46,799 nucleotides of DNA from a virus (lineage: Duplodnaviria; Caudoviricetes). The translations under genes and the position numbers were made by a program. How positions within the stretch are numbered: position 1 is the stretch's first letter; each line of letters opens with the position of its first letter. This document shows, piece after piece, positions 9,353 to 19,221 of this stretch. The notes under the pieces are model-generated. The model saw nothing but the letters and a program-made list of their open reading frames with translations. It was not told the DNA's origin and did not search any database. The DNA is taken from IMG/VR virus record IMGVR_UViG_3300025084_000049, positions 1 through 46,799 of that record; one strand, given 5' to 3'.

Positions 9353-11272
9353 TTATGTCAAGTCTACTATTTCACACACGTCACCAGAGCAAGCCATAGT
9401 TTGCATTGCTACAGTGTTATCGTCTTTCTCGTACTCAGACAGCCCAGCCCAATTAATCTTCTTGGGCATAACAGATAGTAACATATCATAGTCACTCTTG
9501 CCAACCTCTTGATACGGTGCTTGCTGATATGTGTGTTCATTGTATGGTAAAAATGACACACCTGACATCTCATCAAAATGTTTGTACACGAATGCACCCA
9601 CCTCAAACCATTCATCCTTACGTACATTACAAGTAATGCTTGGCTTGTGCTCACACCAATGGCGTTGATACATGAGCCATGTCTCTAGCTGTTGAATGGC
9701 TGACAGATCAGACGTTACAATAGCCTTACGAGGTGACTTAACAGGGAAGCTGAACACTGTAGTGGCATCAGGCTTCATAACGTCTGGCTCATTAGGTATA
9801 CCTTGATCCTTCATAAACTGTGTCAAGGGGTCTTTATCATCACCACGCACAGTACGGATATAATAGGGACTATGGCGAGGGTGTATGCCAGAGGCACTAT
9901 CCACCAGTTGCGAGACTGTTCCTGACGGCTTGACGCAGCTAATAGCAGTAGCAACAGGTATACCAAGACGGTCAGCCCATTCAGCATTAGTAGATACAGC
10001 AATCCCACGTAGATGTTCAAGGGTCTTATCCAATCCTTTGTTTGCGGTAGTCATCAAGGGGTTGTCCATTATCCCTGTGAGAGACACACCGAGCAATCGT
10101 TCCTCTTCTGTATTTCGTTGCCACACCTTTCGCAGATATGGGAACTTTGTGTACGTGCTTTGGATCGTCCCAAGTATTGTGGCGAGTCTGACTTTTCTAG
10201 CCAAGTCTTCCAACGAATCTGTGGCACGTACCACAACTTCCGTAAGGTTACAGAACTGATATGGACGCAGAATAATTTCACTGCATGGGTTAGTTCCAAA
10301 CTCCCAATCAGGGTCACGTCTACCATACTTTGCAGCTTGTTTCTTACTTGCCTCACGATTGAATATACCACGTTCACCACTCCCACTTTCTACTAATGAC
10401 ATCCATTCACGCATGAAGGATACTGCATCTGGTTTCTCTGTATAACTAACACTGTTATTAGCTAATGCACGTTGTGGTTCATTCTCCCACCACTGTCCTG
10501 ACTTAGCATGACGCATACGGTCATCACTCAGGTTACTCAATGAAATCATAGCTGACCTACGTACACCACCAACTACGACTACCTCACCAATCTTGCACAT
10601 GATGTCGTGACATTCAATGCTAGATAGCCTACGTCCTTGTGCATCTTTAAATACCCGTACCACAAAGTTAAACAAATCCACCAGAGGTGCAGGTCCACTT
10701 GCCCTACCACCAAATGTTTTTAGTCTAGCCCCTGCAGGACGTACACGTGAAACATCCCACTGTGGTATCTCACCTGCCCAAAGAAGAGCCATCACTTGTC
10801 TGAGAGATTTAGCCCAACCTTCTTTGCTATCCTTCACAACGACTGTGGTATCACTGTCGAACAACTCAGGGACTTCGGGAAGTTTACTAATGAACTGCCT
10901 CTCAACACTGAAGCCAACACCAGTACCACACAAGAGGATGAACATAGCCTCATCGAAGGACTTAGGGTCATCTATGGGTAAGTAGCTACAGTTGTACATG
11001 CAGGTGTTATCCCTGTCTGCTGCTGGACCTGCTGTCATCATGGATCGCATGGATGGCATAACCTGTAGGTCAAGTATTGCATCTGAGATTTCTACTGCTA
11101 CACCATTTTGAGGTGGGTCAGAACGGTCTAAGACTGTATCGACAACGTTGGTCATATAACGTCCTATAGTTTCAGCCCAATTCTCCCTGCGTCCTACATC
11201 GTCAAGCCATCGTGCATAACGTGACTTGTGTATGAAGGATTGATAGTCAGTAGATAGGTAGTTCTGTATCAT
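9353..11272 (-). CDS. nrdJ: Class II (adenosylcobalamin-dependent) ribonucleotide reductase
   Basis: TNPCSEI, CNL, KPSGT and VVGGVRRSA motifs, C-terminal CSGDVC; no nrdB in the window. Confidence 0.9.
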   Translation of the reverse strand: MIQNYLSTDYQSFIHKSRYARWLDDVGRRENWAETIGRYMTNVVDTVLDRSDPPQNGVAVEISDAILDLQVMPSMRSMMTAGPAADRDNTCMYNCSYLPIDDPKSFDEAMFILLCGTGVGFSVERQFISKLPEVPELFDSDTTVVVKDSKEGWAKSLRQVMALLWAGEIPQWDVSRVRPAGARLKTFGGRASGPAPLVDLFNFVVRVFKDAQGRRLSSIECHDIMCKIGEVVVVGGVRRSAMISLSNLSDDRMRHAKSGQWWENEPQRALANNSVSYTEKPDAVSFMREWMSLVESGSGERGIFNREASKKQAAKYGRRDPDWEFGTNPCSEIILRPYQFCNLTEVVVRATDSLEDLARKVRLATILGTIQSTYTKFPYLRKVWQRNTEEERLLGVSLTGIMDNPLMTTANKGLDKTLEHLRGIAVSTNAEWADRLGIPVATAISCVKPSGTVSQLVDSASGIHPRHSPYYIRTVRGDDKDPLTQFMKDQGIPNEPDVMKPDATTVFSFPVKSPRKAIVTSDLSAIQQLETWLMYQRHWCEHKPSITCNVRKDEWFEVGAFVYKHFDEMSGVSFLPYNEHTYQQAPYQEVGKSDYDMLLSVMPKKINWAGLSEYEKDDNTVAMQTMACSGDVCEIVDLT

Positions 11273-11274
11273 AT

Positions 11275-11433
11275 CTATTCTCCTAATACTTTAATTGTTT
11301 TTATACTCATTCCATCTACATCGTAGATAAACTCCTGTAGTGCTTCCTTGATTTCTTCATCAACAAAACCATCTACAGGAATAGGATATTCATCTTCGTC
11401 TAGTTCCAGTGTAAGATATACCTTAACCACCAT
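11275..11433 (-). CDS. Small acidic hypothetical protein (52 aa; not in ORF track)
   Basis: MVVKVYLTLELDEDEYPIPVDGFVDEEIKEALQEFIYDVDGMSIKTIKVLGE* fills the gap between DUF3310 and nrdJ. Confidence 0.7.
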   Translation of the reverse strand: MVVKVYLTLELDEDEYPIPVDGFVDEEIKEALQEFIYDVDGMSIKTIKVLGE

Positions 11434-11680
11434 CACCAGACTCTTCCTCTATTAACTGGTTTAGATACCACTGTGCTTTCTGCAAGTCCTCTACACCATT
11501 CTTATATCTGTATCGCCATAGGTACTTCATAATGTTACCCTGTAGGTAGTACTGATAACCTTCCTCTCCTGTTGCGGCACGAATAGCATCAATACATTCT
11601 ATACCTGCATAGTTATAGTGATCGGGTGAGTTTACCATGTCTACATCTGCAGTTAGCTTGGGTTCTACTTTATCTGACAT
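11423..11680 (-). CDS. DUF3310 family protein (T7 gp1.7-like nucleotide kinase)
   Basis: DMVNSPDHY...IECIDAI...GNIMKYLWRYRYKNGVEDLQKAQWYL. Confidence 0.85.
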   Translation of the reverse strand: MSDKVEPKLTADVDMVNSPDHYNYAGIECIDAIRAATGEEGYQYYLQGNIMKYLWRYRYKNGVEDLQKAQWYLNQLIEEESGDGG

Positions 11681-11690
11681 ACGTATCTCC

Positions 11691-12020
11691 TTATTTAAAG
11701 TTAAGTTCTATTACATTACTACCCTGTTTACTAGTTACCTTGGGTATTTTTTCTTGCTCTTCTTTTTGTACACTCTCTGCGTACTTGTACAGTACCTCTC
11801 TAATCATTTCATTCTCTTCCATAGCAGGTACAGAAGCAAGTACCATATGCACAAGGCGCATTAAGTTTAGGTAGTCATCATCGTCAAGATAGTTTTCATC
11901 TGTAGTTGTGTTACCAACTAGCAACTCCCCTGTCCACTTACCTTTCTCGTCTAGAAATGGACTGATACGTATAATGAAATCATTAGGATCAAAGTCAAGT
12001 AGTATTTTCTCATCTGCCAC
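11691..12020 (-). CDS. Hypothetical protein
   Basis: 109 aa, GTG start with GAGG RBS, ends NVIELNFK. Confidence 0.7.
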   Translation of the reverse strand: MADEKILLDFDPNDFIIRISPFLDEKGKWTGELLVGNTTTDENYLDDDDYLNLMRLVHMVLASVPAMEENEMIREVLYKYAESVQKEEQEKIPKVTSKQGSNVIELNFK

Positions 12021-12022
12021 AT

Positions 12023-12475
12023 TTAATTCCTCTTCACTTTTTTGTGTGGGAAGTGTATCAAGTCAGGATGCATGTCCTTACCCTTCTCATTGAGCCATTC
12101 CTCTGGGATGATCCTGTCATAAAACGGAATCTTGTTTCTCTCGCACCACTGACCGTAGGTAGTCTTAGCACCCTTACTCAGCTTACGTCTACTACTTTCA
12201 AACACAAACCTAATGTCTAGCTTTGGATGCTGTTTCTTAATAGCCGCATGTTTACGTCTGTCATCTGATGTAAACCTGCCCTTAGTTTCTATTATGATCC
12301 CATTAGGTAATACAAAGTCTGGTGTATAGGTGCGGTACATGAGGTCTTCCCATTCGATCTTGATGGCTTCATACTTAACTTTTACGCCATGCTCTACCAA
12401 ATAGTCTTTGACTTTTATCTCAAGCCCACTCCTATACCCATACTTTAAAGCAGCAGCAAATTGCTTGCCGTTCAT
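12023..12475 (-). CDS. T7 endonuclease I (gp3)-like Holliday junction resolvase
   Basis: YRSGLE...YTPDFVLPNGIIIETKGRF...DRRKH...LDIRFVF; start set at MNGKQF, coupled to the upstream stop. Confidence 0.9.
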   Translation of the reverse strand: MNGKQFAAALKYGYRSGLEIKVKDYLVEHGVKVKYEAIKIEWEDLMYRTYTPDFVLPNGIIIETKGRFTSDDRRKHAAIKKQHPKLDIRFVFESSRRKLSKGAKTTYGQWCERNKIPFYDRIIPEEWLNEKGKDMHPDLIHFPHKKVKRN

Positions 12476-12711
12476 TAGAACCTGAACCAATCAAGTGTAG
12501 GGAAACTGGTTGCAGACGGATACCCAAGAGACTTTAATTCTTCTCTAATGGCTTCGTCAGCATCCTTACGTGTCTGCATTGCTGCTCGTAGTCCTGCATA
12601 CTTAGCTTCATGTAATGCTTTCTTACGTACACGTACCTCTCGTTCCATACCTTCGATCTGCTCCTGCATCTCTTTTATTTCATCATCACCTAGCATTGTT
12701 ACTCCTTTCAA
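12475..12711 (-). CDS. Coiled-coil hypothetical protein
   Basis: 78 aa ORF; actual start may be the second Met (MLGDDE) after AGGAG. Confidence 0.7.
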   Translation of the reverse strand: MKGVTMLGDDEIKEMQEQIEGMEREVRVRKKALHEAKYAGLRAAMQTRKDADEAIREELKSLGYPSATSFPTLDWFRF

Positions 12712-13550
12712 TCTATGTAACCCACGATGGGTTTGTTCTTAGCCTGTGATACCCTAGAGGGTAACTCCTTAAGTGTAGGGTAACATTCAAATCTGTAGTC
12801 ACAGAACTTGCAGTTACTATTTAACACCCTATTGCCAGTTGCCTTGCCCCTAAACGTTTCGGGTACAGGGTCAAAGCACCTTGCAAACTCGTTACTATCT
12901 ACGGTAGCCACTGTATCATTTAACTTAGTAAGTTCTTCGTCCATGTCAAGACCTTCGGCAGCAACATATTTTATATTACCATTGGCCTTGTTCACTACCC
13001 ACCAACCACCTGCTTTCTTTCCAGATGCTTTAGCATATCCAGCCAGTTGTCCCACATAACCAAATGGGTCACTGGCTTTTAACGTTTGGTAGGAATCAAA
13101 CTTGTTTCTGTATGACCAATCACTGGCAGACTTAACGTCATCAACAGCACCATTGATTACAAGATCGTATGATCCTTTTACTGTGGTCTTGTCTAGCTCT
13201 AGCTCTACGTAGTTGTCTTCATCCTCGTACTGTACTCCTGCTTCTGTGATGATACCCTTGAACGCAGCCTCTACGATGTCACCTAGCAGCATGTTCATAA
13301 CGAATGTTGTTGGTTTGGGCAACGCCTTCTCTGGTTTATTCTTCTCAAACCAAAGCTGACAAGTTGGCCTACCTATGTTTGACATACGTAGACGAAACTT
13401 ATCACGCCGATTGCCCCCACCAAACTGACGTTTAATAGCATCCATTACATCTTTACCAATCTGTTCTATTGTCTCTTCAGACATTGTTGATTTACCAGAT
13501 GTAGCATCCTCAAGATACTGATTAATCGCCAGTTCAGCAGGGTGGTTCAT
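12708..13550 (-). CDS. PD-(D/E)XK (RecB/Cas4-like) exonuclease
   Basis: RMSNIGRPTCQLW, GSYDLVING..DDVKS, GYVGQLAGY, C-terminal CKFCDYRFEC. Confidence 0.8.
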   Translation of the reverse strand: MNHPAELAINQYLEDATSGKSTMSEETIEQIGKDVMDAIKRQFGGGNRRDKFRLRMSNIGRPTCQLWFEKNKPEKALPKPTTFVMNMLLGDIVEAAFKGIITEAGVQYEDEDNYVELELDKTTVKGSYDLVINGAVDDVKSASDWSYRNKFDSYQTLKASDPFGYVGQLAGYAKASGKKAGGWWVVNKANGNIKYVAAEGLDMDEELTKLNDTVATVDSNEFARCFDPVPETFRGKATGNRVLNSNCKFCDYRFECYPTLKELPSRVSQAKNKPIVGYID

Positions 13551-14443
13551 TATACGAAGTCCTCTTCGTTAATGTCCACAAAGGCTTCTACTGTATCCGT
13601 ATCCACCTCTTCGTTCTTGTGCATATTCTCGTTCCACGAGTTGAGAATGTACGTATTGTAGTTCTCAATCCATGCAACGAAGTTACCAAACACTTCCTGT
13701 GCATCGTTGTCCATGTCTAGTGTAGTGTTCAAGTCCAATTCTGTAACAGGAATATAGAAGCTGTTACCGTTAGGTAATGGTACTTCACTAGATGTTAGTG
13801 TGACATTGTGTTGTGGTGGTAGTCTACGCATCTTATTAAGATCAGCAAACACCTTGCCTACAATCTTGAAAGCATCACGGTTGTCAATCTCCCACACGAA
13901 TGCTGTAGGTTCTACGTCAACAGAGTTACCCTCTGCATCTGTGGCATTGACAAGCTCCACCGTACCAAACAATGCACGAACACGTTTGATAGAACGGATC
14001 AAGTCCTTCATGCTATCAGGTAATGCAGCCCAATCTTTGATGAACCCTGCAGGTTTACCACAGTTAAACCCACCGTCATTATCCTTCATGTCACCATTGA
14101 GGTCATTGACCATAACAGTTTTGATGTAACGATTAGGGGTGTGGTCTGTACCCTTAACGAACTTCTTGTGCATAAACCGTTGCAGGAATGGACGGATACG
14201 TACACTCTCTGCGTAGTATGTGTCACCGTCAGGTACTTCTAGTTTGTATGTGCCACCTGACACAACCTCTAGCTTTACCTTCTTGCCACCCATATCCTGT
14301 TCACCCATGATAGGTGAGTGATTGATACGCAAACGTGCAAGTGTACTTGACTTGCTACCTTGCGGTGCTGCATCTGCACCCATGCCCATTGCTTGAGCCA
14401 TTGCGTTGTAGTTACTAGTGTCTATTGTTGTTACTTGAGTCAT
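13550..14443 (-). CDS. Putative single-stranded DNA-binding protein
   Basis: 297 aa between polymerase and exonuclease, acidic tail ending EEDFV, own promoter and GGAG RBS. Confidence 0.55.
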   Translation of the reverse strand: MTQVTTIDTSNYNAMAQAMGMGADAAPQGSKSSTLARLRINHSPIMGEQDMGGKKVKLEVVSGGTYKLEVPDGDTYYAESVRIRPFLQRFMHKKFVKGTDHTPNRYIKTVMVNDLNGDMKDNDGGFNCGKPAGFIKDWAALPDSMKDLIRSIKRVRALFGTVELVNATDAEGNSVDVEPTAFVWEIDNRDAFKIVGKVFADLNKMRRLPPQHNVTLTSSEVPLPNGNSFYIPVTELDLNTTLDMDNDAQEVFGNFVAWIENYNTYILNSWNENMHKNEEVDTDTVEAFVDINEEDFV

Positions 14444-14476
14444 GTGTAAGTCTCCTTTTTGTTTTCACGAATCGTA

Positions 14477-14505
14477 GTTATATCATGCCACATCTTTTGT
14501 GTCAA
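14477..14505 (-). promoter_or_regulatory. sigma70-type promoter for the SSB-exonuclease-RNR genes, overlapping the polymerase 3' end
   Basis: TTGACA-17 nt-TATAAC with extended -10 TG on the - strand. Confidence 0.8.
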
Positions 14506-16525
14506 GCCAGTTTGGACCAATCTTTGCCTCTAATAATAGAGGTATATTAAAGTCTATGTCCCACTTGCGATTGACTATGGCGATCAGCTTATCATTAGCT
14601 GCTCGTATTACTTTTAGTACTGTCTCCTTTTCTCTTGGGTGTACATCAATTACTATTGAATCGTGTACTGTGTTTACTACACAACTGTGTAGCCTGTTTG
14701 CTGTTAGTAACTTATCTATGTATATCAGAGATATAGGTACTATGTCAGCCGTTGCGAACGATTGCACAGGATAATTTTTTATCTGTGTGAAATATGTCAC
14801 ACCACCATAACGTCTACGTTGTACGTCAGGGAATGCGAACTCACGTCCAGATGGTGTAGTTATCTTGCCTGTGTTTAATGCCTCTTTAGCTAACCGTTTG
14901 TGCCAAGCAGCTATACCAGAATACTTTGTCGTAAACTGTTGGTAATATGCCGCTTCTGCCTGTGATCTACCAAAACCACTAGCACCATACAGAGGTGCAA
15001 AGGTATGTGCCTTGGCTTCTTGACGTGACATGGGTTGACCTGCATCACTGATAACCTGTGCGGTGTAACTGTGTACATCAAAGCCCGTAGTAACCTCGTC
15101 AATGGCAGTCCTGTCCTGTGACAAGAATGCAGCCACACGAAACTCAAGTTGAGCAAAGTCAGCTTCCATTATCTGCCCACCTTCCCATCGTGATACAAAC
15201 ACTTTCTTCACAGGGAATGTACCACCACGTGGCATGTTCTGCATGTTGGGGTCTGCACCAGACAAACGACCTGTGCCAGTACGATGCTGCAACAAACGTA
15301 CATGCAACTTACCGTCACTCTTTACGTGTGTGGCAATGCCCTCTACGAAGCTGCTAAGATATGTATCTACGGCAGACAGTCTACGTACACTACGTAGGAA
15401 CAACTCTGCTTCCTTCATGTTCTTGGAACGTGCAATACCCTCAAGAAACATAAGGTTTTCTTTGCCTGTGCCAAAGCCATTAGCACTTACCCACTTAGAT
15501 GTAGGTGCAATAAACTTTAGACCTGCAATGGTAGTAGAGTCACGATACATGTAGCCAGAGGCATCACATGTGTTACACTTGTTTGTTCTGGCAAAGGGTG
15601 TGCCATCTTTCTTGGTCTTTCTGATCTGGCCTGTGCCATAGCAGTCAGGACACTGGTATGCCTTTTGCTTGTACAAACGTTGGCTATGTGCATTGACTGT
15701 TCCACGGTAGTCAGAGTCAGACATACGTTCATCGAATAGGTCTGCCCACACCTTCTTGTCGTGGGGTTTACGGCTGTAGATAACCCAAGACAATTGCTCT
15801 GGGCTGTTGAGGTTGATAGGTCTGTCACCCATGATGTCAGCAACCTGTTCCTCAAGTGCAATGAGAAGCATGTTACGTTCTTGCTCAAACTCACCACGTA
15901 CTTCCATCAGTGCATCCATATCTACTTGAAATCCACGTTGATATATACGTGCAAGGTGTAATGCAAGTTGATTAGTCAGCTTGATAGTTGGGATAATCGT
16001 ATGGCAAGCAGCATACTGACCGCCCAGATTATGGTACAACTGTTTCGTTGCATGTAGGTCAGCAGACAGGTACTCTGACAACTCCGCATGATCCATGTCA
16101 CGTACAGACTTACCATCCTTGAGCCATGCCTTGAGACTATCTTGCTTCTTTGTATCAAGGTCATACCGTTCAGCACAAGCCTCAAGGGATAGTGGTTCTT
16201 TCTGCCCACGTTGCAGTACATACTCACCAAGCATGGTGTCAAAGATTTCACCGTCATAGGTAAAGCCCGACTCCCATAGCCATAGTAAATCATGCGGTGC
16301 ATTGTGTGCTATAAGTAAATGGGCAGCATCTAGTTTATCTTGTACTATACGCCGCCCATCTTTGGTAGGTTGTTGCTCTGCGTGATCGAATGTTACAATA
16401 GTTTCGTTCATGTGATCATCCAGCATACCCACCATAACTAATGTGTTGGTTGGTTCAAACGGATCAAGGTGCAGCTTGCCGTTACGTTTTGTTACTGTGT
16501 TTTCTACGTCAAGGGTCAGTATCAT
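14483..16525 (-). CDS. polA: Family A DNA polymerase with 3'-5' exonuclease and DnaJ-like Zn-finger insertion
   Basis: LDVE and HNAPHD exonuclease motifs, TGRLSGADPNMQN, ADFAQLEFR, KAHTFAPLYG, VHDS; insertion CPDCYGTG...CNTCDASG. Confidence 0.95.
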   Translation of the reverse strand: MILTLDVENTVTKRNGKLHLDPFEPTNTLVMVGMLDDHMNETIVTFDHAEQQPTKDGRRIVQDKLDAAHLLIAHNAPHDLLWLWESGFTYDGEIFDTMLGEYVLQRGQKEPLSLEACAERYDLDTKKQDSLKAWLKDGKSVRDMDHAELSEYLSADLHATKQLYHNLGGQYAACHTIIPTIKLTNQLALHLARIYQRGFQVDMDALMEVRGEFEQERNMLLIALEEQVADIMGDRPINLNSPEQLSWVIYSRKPHDKKVWADLFDERMSDSDYRGTVNAHSQRLYKQKAYQCPDCYGTGQIRKTKKDGTPFARTNKCNTCDASGYMYRDSTTIAGLKFIAPTSKWVSANGFGTGKENLMFLEGIARSKNMKEAELFLRSVRRLSAVDTYLSSFVEGIATHVKSDGKLHVRLLQHRTGTGRLSGADPNMQNMPRGGTFPVKKVFVSRWEGGQIMEADFAQLEFRVAAFLSQDRTAIDEVTTGFDVHSYTAQVISDAGQPMSRQEAKAHTFAPLYGASGFGRSQAEAAYYQQFTTKYSGIAAWHKRLAKEALNTGKITTPSGREFAFPDVQRRRYGGVTYFTQIKNYPVQSFATADIVPISLIYIDKLLTANRLHSCVVNTVHDSIVIDVHPREKETVLKVIRAANDKLIAIVNRKWDIDFNIPLLLEAKIGPNWLDTKDVA

Positions 16526-16533
16526 GTTGTCTC

Positions 16534-16779
16534 CTAGTCTAGTTCGTCTAGTATTTCTACCTCTTTTCCATAAACGTTGTCAAGAGAATTATGAAAGTCT
16601 CTGTCTTCTGCGAAGTTTTGTATCGCAGTTACAACATCATCAACAGATAGTTTGTGTTTCTTTATAGCATTAGTTATACGATTAACATCAATTGCACTGG
16701 GCAATTCAAACTCTTCTAGCTCTTCCGTTATATAACTTTTAGCTTCTAGTACTTTATCTTTCCATTCTTTAATAGACAT
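16534..16779 (-). CDS. Hypothetical protein
   Basis: 81 aa, GGAG RBS, coupled to the upstream stop. Confidence 0.7.
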   Translation of the reverse strand: MSIKEWKDKVLEAKSYITEELEEFELPSAIDVNRITNAIKKHKLSVDDVVTAIQNFAEDRDFHNSLDNVYGKEVEILDELD

Positions 16780-16988
16780 TAGCTTTTCTCCTTTGCTCGT
16801 TGTCTTTCCTGTTCAGTCATCGGTCTTATATAAGATAGTACCTTGCCTGTGTTCCACCTAGCTGCTTCCTTTTCAGCTTCATCTAGTGAGTCAAACATCC
16901 ACACATCTGTAGAGTATGTCCACGGATTTTCTTTTCTTACTAAGGTGTACTCACCTTTTTCTATTTCAATCTCTATTACATATGGCAT
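16779..16988 (-). CDS. Hypothetical protein
   Basis: 69 aa, GGAG RBS, TAATG coupling. Confidence 0.7.
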   Translation of the reverse strand: MPYVIEIEIEKGEYTLVRKENPWTYSTDVWMFDSLDEAEKEAARWNTGKVLSYIRPMTEQERQRAKEKS

Positions 16989-17131
16989 TACTTAGTCTCC
17001 CTATCTCCAAAAATGTAAGGCCAATAAAGTTCTTTGGCATCAGCCCATGCTGCTCTCATACCGATTATAAAACCGATAGTGCCTGAACAAACTGCGATAC
17101 CTGCTACTGAATATAGTTCTGCTTCACTCAT
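16988..17131 (-). CDS. Small membrane protein (47 aa; not in ORF track)
   Basis: MSEAELYSVAGIAVCSGTIGFIIGMRAAW...; AGGAG RBS; one TM segment. Confidence 0.65.
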   Translation of the reverse strand: MSEAELYSVAGIAVCSGTIGFIIGMRAAWADAKELYWPYIFGDRETK

Positions 17132-17288
17132 CTTGTTTCTCCTTTTCTGTTTCTAACCCTGCCTTAACCAGAGCCACAAAGCCTACGTTAAATATAGCTG
17201 CAAATGTTTGTGGATCACACTCTACTTGAAGAGTAGCCGAGCCATCTTCATGTTCTTCTATCTCTACTATTTTTACTTCAATCATCAT
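17124..17288 (-). CDS. Small hypothetical protein (54 aa; not in ORF track)
   Basis: MMIEVKIVEIEEHEDGSATLQVECDPQTFAAIFNVGFVALVKAG...; ATGA overlap with the thyX stop. Confidence 0.7.
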   Translation of the reverse strand: MMIEVKIVEIEEHEDGSATLQVECDPQTFAAIFNVGFVALVKAGLETEKEKQDE

Positions 17289-17998
17289 CCTCTCCCTTTA
17301 GCTAGTGCCATCCATGACACAGGGAATAGCTCATGCATCTTAACACTGATCTGATTAGCAACCTCTTGTGTCTCAGCTTGAGTGTCACTGGCACAACGCA
17401 GTAGGCACATATCAGAGAAGGCATCCAATGACCCTGACCAGTACCACTCAGTCATAGTAGACTGTGGTAGTATCATACGTGCTTGTTCTGGGCAGACCTC
17501 ATTACGGATAAGTAAATCATATAGGTCATAACATTTGTGATGCCAACCTTCTATAGTTTCTTTCATATCGTAGTGGTTTATATCAAACTCGTGATATTCA
17601 CCCCAACCAGAATCCTCTAATTCAGTGACCTCTATATCACTCGACCCTTGTTTTTTATCGTCACTTCGTTCACGCCATATTTTAGGCTCGTAAAATTTAG
17701 GATCGTCATCTACATACCTACGGCTAATCTCATTCCAACGCAGGAACTTATGCTTGACCAACTGCCTAGCTACAAACATTGGAGCTTTGACATGGAAAGT
17801 AGCAAAGCAGTGACCAAAAGGTGATGTATGTTTGTGCTTTGCTAAGTAGTATACTAACTTGGTGTCACGATCAGACAGGCCAAACTCCTGACCGATAGAA
17901 GGGTGTTTCCAATCACTCTTCTTACCAAAACTAACTCTAGCTGCATTAACGACAGACAGATCACTGCCCATGTGGTCTATGTGTGTTGCTTTAATCAT
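17285..17998 (-). CDS. thyX: Flavin-dependent thymidylate synthase ThyX
   Basis: VVNAARVSF, HTSPFGH, ARQLVKH..NEISRRY, PEQARMILP; start reset to MIKATH (ATGA overlap with the helicase stop). Confidence 0.92.
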   Translation of the reverse strand: MIKATHIDHMGSDLSVVNAARVSFGKKSDWKHPSIGQEFGLSDRDTKLVYYLAKHKHTSPFGHCFATFHVKAPMFVARQLVKHKFLRWNEISRRYVDDDPKFYEPKIWRERSDDKKQGSSDIEVTELEDSGWGEYHEFDINHYDMKETIEGWHHKCYDLYDLLIRNEVCPEQARMILPQSTMTEWYWSGSLDAFSDMCLLRCASDTQAETQEVANQISVKMHELFPVSWMALAKGRG

Positions 17999-19218
17999 GC
18001 TACGTACCTCGCAATCTTGTACTCTAGGTCTGTATGTACAATGCCATGCCACCCAGACAGTTTGTTCTTTACCACATTGATGTGGCGTTGATTGTCTTCT
18101 TCCTCTTGTCCCTCTACAGTGGGGTTCTTAGAGATCATCAGCATCAGGTCAGCCTCTGCTGCCTTACCTGTTCGTGATCCTTCCATCATGGCTTGGTTGA
18201 GTACAACCTTACCCTCTGCCTCTGCTGATAGCTGAGACATGTAGAACACTGCACACTCTTGTTGCTTTGCAATCTGCCTAGCATGTACAGCATTAGCCTT
18301 GAGTGCTTCGTCAGGACGTGAGAAGCCACTAGTACGGGCAAACTTATCACCCATATCAAGTATCACAATGTCAGGCTTGTATGACTTGCATACAGACTCA
18401 ACCCAGTTCATGTCACGACTAGTCGCATCCTTGAACATGATCTTGTCACGTATACGGTTGAAGATAGACAGTGCCTCTTGCTTGTGCTTCACAATCTCGA
18501 ACTTGTCCAATCCAGTAGCTGCCGTGATATAACGATGGGCAACACGATGGTATCCCTCTTCGTTACACAACACAATAACACGTGCGCCCTGCCATGCAAA
18601 GCCATTCGGACCTGCTACCAGTGAGGCGTGGAAGGATGTCTTACCAGTGTTAGGTCTAGCACCTACCTCAATCAAGTGTCCTGCATTGATACCCTCTACC
18701 TTACGTGTAAGGGTAGGGATGTTGAACGTCCACTGTGACTCAAGGTCGGTCATGGCAAGGATAGTATCAAGGTTGATGTCTTCCCAATCAATACGCAGGT
18801 TAGGTGTGAAGTCATCACCATACTGCTCAAGCATATCACGTAGTGGCTCAAGGCTAGACTTGCTACCATTCACGTAGTCAAAGCCAAGGTTAGCAATGTC
18901 CTCACCAATGACCTGTTGGAATAGCTTGGATAGTACCTCTTGTGCTATGTCACTGCCCATAGGCTGCTCCTTCTGTACCTGTTGGAACAGATGGCTGTAT
19001 GCTTGCTTCTGTGCGGTAGTGAGGGTTGGGTTGTTAGCCATGAACAACGCCTCAATCTCCGCAGGTGTTACGGTACGTTCATAACGATCCATAGCAGTGT
19101 CGATGGACTGCTTGATCTTACGTACATCTTTGCTGAATAGCCTGTCGGGACAACGTGCGCCACGATGCTCATCATAGAACTCTTTGTCCATGAGGCTACG
19201 TATTAATGATAATTCCAT
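17995..19218 (-). CDS. DnaB/T7 gp4-like replicative helicase
   Basis: Walker A GARPNTGKT, VILD, SQLS, EAD..L, KNK motifs. Confidence 0.9.
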   Translation of the reverse strand: MELSLIRSLMDKEFYDEHRGARCPDRLFSKDVRKIKQSIDTAMDRYERTVTPAEIEALFMANNPTLTTAQKQAYSHLFQQVQKEQPMGSDIAQEVLSKLFQQVIGEDIANLGFDYVNGSKSSLEPLRDMLEQYGDDFTPNLRIDWEDINLDTILAMTDLESQWTFNIPTLTRKVEGINAGHLIEVGARPNTGKTSFHASLVAGPNGFAWQGARVIVLCNEEGYHRVAHRYITAATGLDKFEIVKHKQEALSIFNRIRDKIMFKDATSRDMNWVESVCKSYKPDIVILDMGDKFARTSGFSRPDEALKANAVHARQIAKQQECAVFYMSQLSAEAEGKVVLNQAMMEGSRTGKAAEADLMLMISKNPTVEGQEEEDNQRHINVVKNKLSGWHGIVHTDLEYKIARYVA

Positions 19219-19221
19219 GTG

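Noticed and set aside
9353-16525. Introns or inteins in nrdJ or polA
   Set aside because: Both ORFs are continuous and of normal length, with no intein splice motifs; the only insertion is the Zn finger
17999-18052. Longer ThyX start from the ORF track
   Set aside because: Overlaps the helicase C-terminus; the ATGA-coupled start at 17998 fits ThyX N-termini
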